The notes under the pieces: model-generated
Databases searched by the model: none
The model's input: only the letters and a program-made list of their open reading frames with translations
What the model was told of the DNA's origin: nothing
Part shown: piece after piece, positions 1-6,849 of the stretch
How positions within the stretch are numbered: position 1 is the first letter of the stretch
Layout: each line of letters starts with the position of its first letter
Program-made: the position numbers and the translations under genes
Assembly (NCBI GenBank): GCA_964447495.1
Contig: CAYUTF010000051.1
Location: 1-23,515, forward strand
DNA: 23,515 nt
Direction: 5' to 3'
Origin: an uncultured archaeon
Lineage (GTDB): Archaea; Asgardarchaeota; Lokiarchaeia; Sigyniarchaeales; SOKP01

Positions 1-88
1 CTTGCTTGGTTAATTCTCTGTCAATATTCAATATTCTGGGATGCCCAAAGTTTGGACTAACTAAAAATAAGCCTTTAGAAATCATCAT
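1..88 (-). CDS. 5' part of a hypothetical protein running off the window edge (MMISKGLFLVSPNFGHPRILNIDRELTKQ...)
   Basis: ATG ATG at 88-83 on the minus strand; frame stays open to position 1; only 29 codons visible. Confidence 0.4.
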   Translation of the reverse strand, partial: MMISKGLFLVSPNFGHPRILNIDRELTKQ

Positions 89-464
89 AACAATCGCAAT
101 CTTAATTTTAATTTAATATATCTTTAATATCCTTTACTCTTGTTCTTAAAGTCACTTCAGTAATTTTAGTGCTTATTGTTCTATCATCACTATTTAAATA
201 ATTTGTCCATGTAATTAAAAGAGTTATCAAATATTTTTACATTTTTATTGAAAAAATAAATTAAAAAAATTCTAGCTAGTAAAAGATATATACAATGAGA
301 GTGCTTTAAGATTATAAGAAAAAAAATTTAATCAAATGAAAGATTTGCTAATTTGAGATAAATTTGAAAGAAAAAATGGAGAAATCTAAGAGAAATAGTG
401 ATATTGATGGATTTGAGTCTTAAATCTAATAGAAAAATATTGCAGAAGGATGATAATTTGATAG

Positions 465-528
465 TCTCATTTATTTTTGAAAATGGTCTCATTTATTTTT
501 GCAAAAATCTCATTTATAATTGAAAGTT
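465..528. repeat. Three imperfect direct tandem repeats, core TCTCATTTAT, period 22 and 21 bp
   Basis: TCTCATTTAT starts at 465, 487 and 508; units are TCTCATTTATTTTTGAAAATGG / TCTCATTTATTTTTGCAAAAA / TCTCATTTATAATTGAAAGTT. Confidence 0.85.
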
Positions 529-534
529 ACAATT

Positions 535-1461
535 ATGTATTTTGTTGAGCAATTAATTCAGCTAGTTAGAGAAAAAAAAAGCGTAGTAAGTATGGGTCTT
601 GATCCGAGAATGGATAATGAAGGAGAGATTCCTGAATATTTAATAAAAGAATATGAAGATCCTAACAGAATTATTTTAGAATTCAACAAAGAATTAATTG
701 AATCTACATATGATTTAATTCCAGTAATCAAACCTCAGATTGCTTTTTATGAAAAATATGATGCTCTAAAAGCATTGAAGGAAACTATAAAACTTGCTCA
801 TAGAGTTGGACTGTTAGTAATACTCGATTCAAAAAGGAATGATATTGGAACTACATCGAGTGCTTATGCGTATTCCACATATAAAGTATATGGCGCTGAT
901 GCTTGTACAGTTAATGCTTATTTAGGGTTTGATGGAATAAAACCATATTTAGATGATTATAAAGAAAAAGGTCTGTTTGTCTTAGTAAAAACCTCTAATC
1001 CAAGCAGTAATGATTTTCAAAATCTCTTTAGTGTTCGATTAGAGAATGTCGATGGTTTTAAAACAGAAATTGAAATGGTAAAAGGAAAATTAGAACGTAA
1101 TTATATTCACATGGCAAAGTTAGTTAAGGTTTGGTCAGAAAAATTAAAATCTTTCTCGAATTATAATAATCTAGGTGTGGTTGTAGGTGCTACTTTCCCG
1201 AACGAATTAAAAGTCATCCGAGAGCTATTAAAAAAATCCTTCATTCTCATTCCTGGTTATGGTTATCAGGGTGCTCAAGCTAAAGAAATTAAATATGGAT
1301 TTAATCCAAACGGTTTAGGTGGAATCGTAAATTCTTCACGATCGATAATTTACGCTTACAATAATAATTCAAAATACACTCCTGATAAGTTTGCTAGCGC
1401 TGCTCGTGAAGAGATAATCAATATGAATAAAAAAATTAATTTTGAGATAAATCTCAAGTAA
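535..1461 (+). CDS. pyrF: Orotidine-5'-phosphate decarboxylase (subfamily 2 type)
   Basis: GLDP, KPQIAFYE, catalytic DxKxxDIxxT (DSKRNDIGTT), LVKTSNPSS, VVGAT, LIPGYGYQG and NSSRSIIYA motifs; ATG at 535 preferred over TTG at 520, which lies in the repeat. Confidence 0.95.
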   Translation: MYFVEQLIQLVREKKSVVSMGLDPRMDNEGEIPEYLIKEYEDPNRIILEFNKELIESTYDLIPVIKPQIAFYEKYDALKALKETIKLAHRVGLLVILDSKRNDIGTTSSAYAYSTYKVYGADACTVNAYLGFDGIKPYLDDYKEKGLFVLVKTSNPSSNDFQNLFSVRLENVDGFKTEIEMVKGKLERNYIHMAKLVKVWSEKLKSFSNYNNLGVVVGATFPNELKVIRELLKKSFILIPGYGYQGAQAKEIKYGFNPNGLGGIVNSSRSIIYAYNNNSKYTPDKFASAAREEIINMNKKINFEINLK

Positions 1462-1473
1462 AAACAAGCTTTT

Positions 1474-1890
1474 TCATAAGCTTGATAAATATTGAATTAA
1501 AAATGACATTGCAAATATTATTGGGACTAAAATAATTATAGTTACAAAGAAAGACCGTTTTAATCCAATTTTATGAATTACATTGATCAAATTTAAATCC
1601 AAAAATGCAGACCCAACAATCGCAAGTATAATAAATCCCGCAGGAGGACCTTCATGGAATGCACCTGTAAATCCTAATATTAACATAGGGGAACTAATAA
1701 AGAAAATCGCTCCAAACTGAATGAGAAAGCTGACACCTACCCATTTTATTTTGGTTCTATATTCTGCTTTTGCCACTAATAAACCAATTTTTAATAAAAA
1801 TATATCTACAACAATTAAAATAACACTAAAGATGATCTCCTCGTAATCACCTATTGACGTCATTCCCGTTTGAAGAATACTTAGCAACAT
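1474..1890 (-). CDS. Hypothetical membrane protein, about 4 TM helices
   Basis: 138 aa ORF with four long hydrophobic stretches; convergent with pyrF; TGA stop. Confidence 0.8.
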   Translation of the reverse strand: MLLSILQTGMTSIGDYEEIIFSVILIVVDIFLLKIGLLVAKAEYRTKIKWVGVSFLIQFGAIFFISSPMLILGFTGAFHEGPPAGFIILAIVGSAFLDLNLINVIHKIGLKRSFFVTIIILVPIIFAMSFLIQYLSSL

Positions 1891-2102
1891 AATATTTCCT
1901 CTAATTAGTATTATTCAATTTAACAATCAATCTTAAATTGCTTTTTTAATAATCTAAATTATACAAATTATATAAAAGATTTTTGATTTAAAGTTAATTT
2001 TTTGGGATAAGATATTTTAAATTAGGATAAATAATTTTGAATTATATTATTTGTAAAAACAATTGGAGGATATTTAAAAAAAAATAAAAGGTTTGATATG
2101 CA

Positions 2103-4073
2103 ATGGTAGAAGCGAAAGTTGCTAAAGATAACGATGAAATTCGAATCTTCGTTGCTGTCTGTCAGTGAGGTATAAACATTGCTGAAATAATTGATACAAA
2201 AGCACTAGTAGAATTCACTAAATCTTTGCCAAATGTTGTTGATGCTTTGGATTATATTAGTCTGTGTACTGAATCCGGAGCAGAGTTTATTAAGCAAAAT
2301 ATGATTGAAAGTAACGCTAATAGACTTGTTGTAGCATCTTGTACTCCAATCACCCATGAACCGGTTTTTAAAAGTGTTTTAGAAGCAATGGGAATAGATC
2401 CCTCATACTTGGAATTTGTTAATATTCGAGAGCATGCAAGTTTTGTTCATAGGCAAGATAAGCCAGGAGCACAAAGAACTGCCGAAGATGCTATTAAATC
2501 TGGTGTTGCTCGAGCAGCTGTATTAGAGCAAATCTTGGTAAAAGAAGTAGATATTACTAAGAAAGCATTAATAATTGGTGGAGGTGTTGCTGGACTATCA
2601 GCAGGTATTGACTTAGCTGATGAAGGTTTTGAAGTTTTTCTTGTTGAAAAAAGCCCCACTATTGGCGGTAAAATGGCAATGCTCGATCGTACTTTCCCTA
2701 CTGATGATTGTAGTATCTGAATTCTCGGTCCTGTTATGCTTCAGTCTGCAAGAAGTCCCGGATTAAACATTTATACATACAGTGAAGTAGAGGATGTTTC
2801 TGGATTTGTTGGGAATTTTAAAGTTAAAATTCGCAAAAAAGCAAGATATGTAAATAATGATTGTAATGGATGTGGCTCATGTTTCGAAGTGTGTCCTGCT
2901 TACGGGTATGATGAATTTAATGAGGGTATGAATCCTCGTAAAGCTATATATGTTTCATTTGCCCAAGCAGTTCCGTCAATGGCTCAGATAGATATGAGTA
3001 AATGTATCAAATGCGGAATGTGTCAGCAGGTATGTGAAGTGAATGCTATAGACTTCAATCAAAAAGATGAAATCATAGAATTAGAAGTTGGCTCAATCAT
3101 AGTTGCTACTGGTTGGGACGAATATGAACCTGAAACTGGATATTTGGGATATAATAAATATCCTAATGTAATAACTCAAATGAAGCTTGAACGCATCTTG
3201 GCACCGAACGGACCCACTTTAGGTCACCTTGTACGCCCATCTGATGGTAAAAGGCCAGAAAAAATTCTTTTTATACAATGTGTGGGGTCAAGAGATTTAA
3301 ATAAGCAGACTTATTGCAGTGCTGGAGTATGTTGTATGATTTCAATAAAAAATACAAAACTCATAAAACAACATTATCCCGATGCGGATATAACTGTAGC
3401 GTATATGGATATAAGAGCTGCCGGAAAAGACTATGAAGAATATTATACAGCTTCACGAAAAGAAGGCATCAAATACGTAAGAACAAATATTTCTAAAATA
3501 TACGAGGATCCTAAGACTCATAATTTAAAAGTAATTCTACAAAATACCTTGAGTAATACGGGCTTAAAAGAGTTTGAGTATGATCTAGTAGTATTATCGT
3601 GTGCTATGGTACCAGCCATAGGTGTTGAAAAAGTTAGTAAATTACTAAAACTTGAAACAAGCCAAGATGGATTTTTTAAAGAATTCCATTCTCGATTGAA
3701 TCCTATAGACACAAAGATACCTGGAATTGTGCTTGCCGGCGTCGCTCAAGGGCCTAAATCAATATCTGAGTCAATATCTCAGGGAAGAGCTGCAGCATCT
3801 TCTCTTGCGAGAATTTTGGGTAAAGATAAATACAGAATACTTTTAATTCGAGCCACAGTAGATAAAGAAAAATGCGCTAAATGCGGTTTATGCGAGTTAA
3901 ATTGTCCGTATGATGCGATAATTTTAAATCCTGATGGTGCGGAAGTGAATGAAATATTATGTCGTGGTTGCGGTTCGTGCTTAGCCAATTGTCCATCAGA
4001 AGCGATAACACTTAGATATTATCGCGAACCCCAATATGAGAAGCAAATAGATGCTATATTAGAGGAAATTTAA
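2103..4073 (+). CDS. hdrA: Heterodisulfide reductase subunit A (HdrA)-like flavo-iron-sulfur selenoprotein, 656 aa, Sec at codon 22 (TGA 2166-2168) and codon 206 (TGA 2718-2720)
   Basis: ATG 2103 and ORFs 2226-2720 and 2736-4073 are one frame, separated only by TGA. N-terminus RIFVAVCQ[TGA]GINIA matches the HdrA CxCGxNIA motif; TFPTDDCSI[TGA]ILGP matches TFPTxDCxxCIL. Also ASCTP, FAD motif GGGVAG, four CxxCxxCxxxC ferredoxin motifs, QCVGSRD...YCSAGVCC; ends in TAA. Confidence 0.95.
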
Positions 4074-4079
4074 GGAGGT
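4074..4079 (+). promoter_or_regulatory. Shine-Dalgarno site for mvhD
   Basis: GGAGGT directly after the hdrA TAA and 7 nt before ATG 4087. Confidence 0.8.
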
Positions 4080-4086
4080 AAATTGA

Positions 4087-4551
4087 ATGTCGACTAATAG
4101 TGAAATGAAAATTATTACTTTCATGTGTTGGAAATGAGGATATGGAGCAGGAGATATGGCAGGAACTATACGAGCTCAATATCCTGCTACAATTAGACCA
4201 ATAAGAATAAACTGTACCGGACGTGTTACTCCTAGCTTAATGATGCGAGCAATTGGCAAAGGTGCTGATGGAGTAATCGTTGCTGGATGATATGAAGGAG
4301 AATGTGATTACGAAACCGGTAATTTAATTGCGGCAAAAAACGTACAATACACGAAAGAAATATTAAAAACTGCAGGTATATCTCCGGAGCGAATACAAAT
4401 GTTCCATTGTAGTGCAGCGGAAGGCCAAAGATTCCAAGAAGAAGTAACTCGTATCTCTCAAGTTATTGAACGTTTAGGCAGCAACCCAATGAAAGAATCA
4501 ATATCTTTAGAAAAGGAAAAAAGTAAACCTAAAGACGAAAAACAGAAGTAA
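4087..4551 (+). CDS. mvhD: Methyl-viologen-reducing hydrogenase delta subunit (MvhD/VhuD/FlpD family, [2Fe-2S]) selenoprotein, 154 aa, Sec at codon 17 (TGA 4135-4137) and codon 68 (TGA 4288-4290); absent from the ORF track
   Basis: Manual translation: MSTNSEMKIITFMCWK[U]GYGAGDMAGTIRAQYPATIRPIRINCTGRVTPSLMMRAIGKGADGVIVAG[U]YEGECDYETGNLIAAKNVQYTKEILKTAGISPERIQMFHCSAAEGQRFQEEVTRISQVIERLGSNPMKES...KQK*. Matches MvhD motifs CxxCxYxxAD, CxGRV, GADGVxVxGCxxGxCxY, ERxxxxxxSAxE; SD present; TAA at 4549-4551. Confidence 0.95.
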
Positions 4552-4554
4552 TAA

Positions 4555-4623
4555 TCCGAAAGAATGAATCTTATGAAAAAATAATAGTTGTAAGATGACA
4601 AACCATAAAGCAATGGTTTCGGA
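4555..4623 (+). promoter_or_regulatory. Eukaryote-like SECIS element in the 3' UTR of hdrA-mvhD
   Basis: AUGA 4564-4567; 9-bp helix AUCUUAUGA (4568-4576) with UUGUAAGAU (4588-4596); loop AAAAAUAAUAG (4577-4587); GA 4597-4598; lower helix UCCGAAA (4555-4561) with UUUCGGA (4617-4623). Confidence 0.8.
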
Positions 4624-4630
4624 ATAAAAA

Positions 4631-4651
4631 TTTTATCTATTTTTTAATTTT
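4631..4651 (+). terminator. Probable archaeal oligo-T terminator of the hdrA-mvhD transcript
   Basis: T-rich tract TTTTATCTATTTTTTAATTTT just downstream of the SECIS-like structure. Confidence 0.4.
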
Positions 4652-4764
4652 GAATCCCTATTCATAATATATCAAAAAGATTGTAAATCTTTTTAAATTG
4701 GGGTGTCTTGTATAATCGTGTTAGAAATCATCTAAATAGAAAAAACATATAAAGTGAAAAAATA

Positions 4765-5412
4765 ATGGCTGAAGTTAAAACAGAAAGTAAAATTACGGCG
4801 CCAAAATTACTCGTATTCATTGGTATGCTCTTTACACTTGCATTAGGTATTACATATTTCTATGGAGCTGGAGATCCCCTAAACATTCTTTGGGGAATAA
4901 TCTGTTTAGTAATTGCGTTCTTAATTTTTGTATCATTAGAGCTGATTAGTTTTAGACCTGTGAAAATTCTATATCAATGGTGGATAATTCTTATCTTTGG
5001 TATAGTTTTAGTGCTATTAGTATACTTTTTCGGTGGTGGATATTTTCCTGCAATTCTACTATTATTAGCTGCTTTAATTGAATTAATAATGGCAAAGAAA
5101 CCCTATAAAGCCTCAAAAATGGTACTACTAGTGGGTATCGGTTTTTCTATATATGAGTGTTTTATGCTATTTCTCTCTGGAAATACACTCGCAATTATAA
5201 ATGGAGTTTTCGGTCTAATTTTATTAATAATTTTAGTTCTGATACTCTTTGACCTCGTAGATTTTAAAGTATTGAATTATTCATGGTGGTTAGTGCTAAT
5301 AGTCGGGTTTGTTATCTTTACTTGGGTATCACCTCTTGCAGGAGGCATACTTACCGGATATGGAGGAACACTTATTTTAATAGCATTTGTACTAATGGTA
5401 TTGGCATTATAA
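4765..5412 (+). CDS. Hypothetical polytopic membrane protein with an internal duplication (about 2x4 TM)
   Basis: 215 aa, almost wholly hydrophobic; the halves align (KLLVFIG...ILWGII...YQWWIILIFG...GGGY vs KMVLLVG...IINGVF...YSWWLVLIVG...GYGG). Confidence 0.8.
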   Translation: MAEVKTESKITAPKLLVFIGMLFTLALGITYFYGAGDPLNILWGIICLVIAFLIFVSLELISFRPVKILYQWWIILIFGIVLVLLVYFFGGGYFPAILLLLAALIELIMAKKPYKASKMVLLVGIGFSIYECFMLFLSGNTLAIINGVFGLILLIILVLILFDLVDFKVLNYSWWLVLIVGFVIFTWVSPLAGGILTGYGGTLILIAFVLMVLAL

Positions 5413-5437
5413 CCAAATCGAATATTTATATATCAAC

Positions 5438-5448
5438 TTTTTTTTTTT
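5438..5448 (+). terminator. Oligo-T terminator
   Basis: T11 run starting 26 nt after the stop at 5412. Confidence 0.5.
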
Positions 5449-5554
5449 AATATTTTTGATTATTATTTTGAAATTAGTCTACTTTTAGGAGTAATTTTTA
5501 ATTTTAAAATTACTTTTAAAATTTAAATTAGTAATTATTATTTTGGTTTTTTAA

Positions 5555-6844
5555 TTGGATGTAGAAGATAAATTCTTAAAAGCAGAGCAATTATATAAAG
5601 CTCATCAATTTAAAAAATCAGGTAAAACATTCCATGCAGTTGGAATGTCATTTCTTGATTTAGGAGATTATAATCAAGCAAAGAGCAGTTTTATCAATGG
5701 GGCTAATGCTTTTATCGAAGCGCAAAAATTTGATACTGTTTTAGAGCTCTTAAGACTAGCCAGTGAAGTATCTCTTAAAGTAGAAAACTATATGGATGCT
5801 AACCAAATTTATAAGGATGCGATTAATTACATTTCAAACTTAAAAAAAGAAAATGATAGGAATCAAAACTACATACTATTCTCTGTTTTATCATATCTCT
5901 GCCTGTTTGTAAATGGAAGGCAAGAAGAAGGTTTAGACTATCTCAAACGAATGATTAAAAAGGTGGATAATACATATTTTAAAGAACACCCATTAATTCG
6001 ATTAGTTACTGATTTAACTATTGCTTTACGCAATAAAAATCAAAATACTATAGATAAAATTAAAGATACTATAAGTAATTTAAAATTTAGGAAAGAGGAA
6101 CAAAATTTATTAAAAAAAGTAATTCTGCTTGTTCAAACGCAAATTTTATTAGATCCTACAGTAGAATTAGATAAACAAGAATATACAACCAATGAACTTA
6201 TTAATTTAACAATAAATTTTGATACAATCTCGTTATTACAAGAATTTAAGAAAACTTTTTATGAATTTAAAGTAGAAAGTTTTGTACTTACAAAAATTAC
6301 CTTAGATTTATCAGATAACTTAAGTCTAAATAGAAAACCAATTTTTCCTATCAATGTAATTTTAGGTAAAAGTAATCCTATTGGATTCATATTAAAACCC
6401 CATTTTCAAATGGATAAGCCTTTCATCGGACCGATCAACATTACTTGTGTATTAAACAATAATCTAACTTTTGTATATGAAACAAAAACTATTGAATTGA
6501 ATTTAACATCTCCATTGCCAACTCTCAATATAGCAATAAAAAATTTAAGGCCTCCATTGATTGGTCAAAGCTTTCCTTTAGAAATACTGGTGGAAAATAA
6601 AAGTGCAGGAGAAGCACTTGATGTTAAAATATTCGTAGAATTTCCTGAATTATTGCAAGTTATGAGAGGCACAACAGAAAAACAGATATATTCTCTTCGT
6701 TCAAATGAAGAGTTGAAATGGGAACTTAATATAAAACCGATTGAAGCGGGAGATTATATTATAAAAGTAAAAGTGAATTTTCAGGACCCTGATCAAAATA
6801 ATATAGAAGAAATTAAGGAGTTCCCATTTTCAATAAAATTATAG
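5555..6844 (+). CDS. Alpha-SNAP/TPR-like helical protein with C-terminal Ig-like (CARDB-type) beta-sandwich domains
   Basis: N-terminal ~195 aa of helical hairpins with a TPR/SNAP-like pattern; C-terminal beta pattern GQSFPLEILVENKSAGEALDVKI...IKPIEAGDYIIKVKVNF; TTG start. Confidence 0.65.
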   Translation: MDVEDKFLKAEQLYKAHQFKKSGKTFHAVGMSFLDLGDYNQAKSSFINGANAFIEAQKFDTVLELLRLASEVSLKVENYMDANQIYKDAINYISNLKKENDRNQNYILFSVLSYLCLFVNGRQEEGLDYLKRMIKKVDNTYFKEHPLIRLVTDLTIALRNKNQNTIDKIKDTISNLKFRKEEQNLLKKVILLVQTQILLDPTVELDKQEYTTNELINLTINFDTISLLQEFKKTFYEFKVESFVLTKITLDLSDNLSLNRKPIFPINVILGKSNPIGFILKPHFQMDKPFIGPINITCVLNNNLTFVYETKTIELNLTSPLPTLNIAIKNLRPPLIGQSFPLEILVENKSAGEALDVKIFVEFPELLQVMRGTTEKQIYSLRSNEELKWELNIKPIEAGDYIIKVKVNFQDPDQNNIEEIKEFPFSIKL

Positions 6845-6849
6845 TAGTA

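Noticed and set aside
465-528. CRISPR array
   Set aside because: Units are contiguous with no unique spacers, there are only three copies, and no cas genes are present
2447-3988. Antisense ORFs 2447-2659, 3518-3712 and 3779-3988
   Set aside because: Short shadow ORFs opposite hdrA with no recognisable motifs
2226-4073. hdrA as two separate genes or a nonsense-disrupted pseudogene (ORF track 2226-2720 and 2736-4073)
   Set aside because: Same frame, interruptions are only TGA at conserved Cys positions, all motifs are intact, and a SECIS-like element lies downstream
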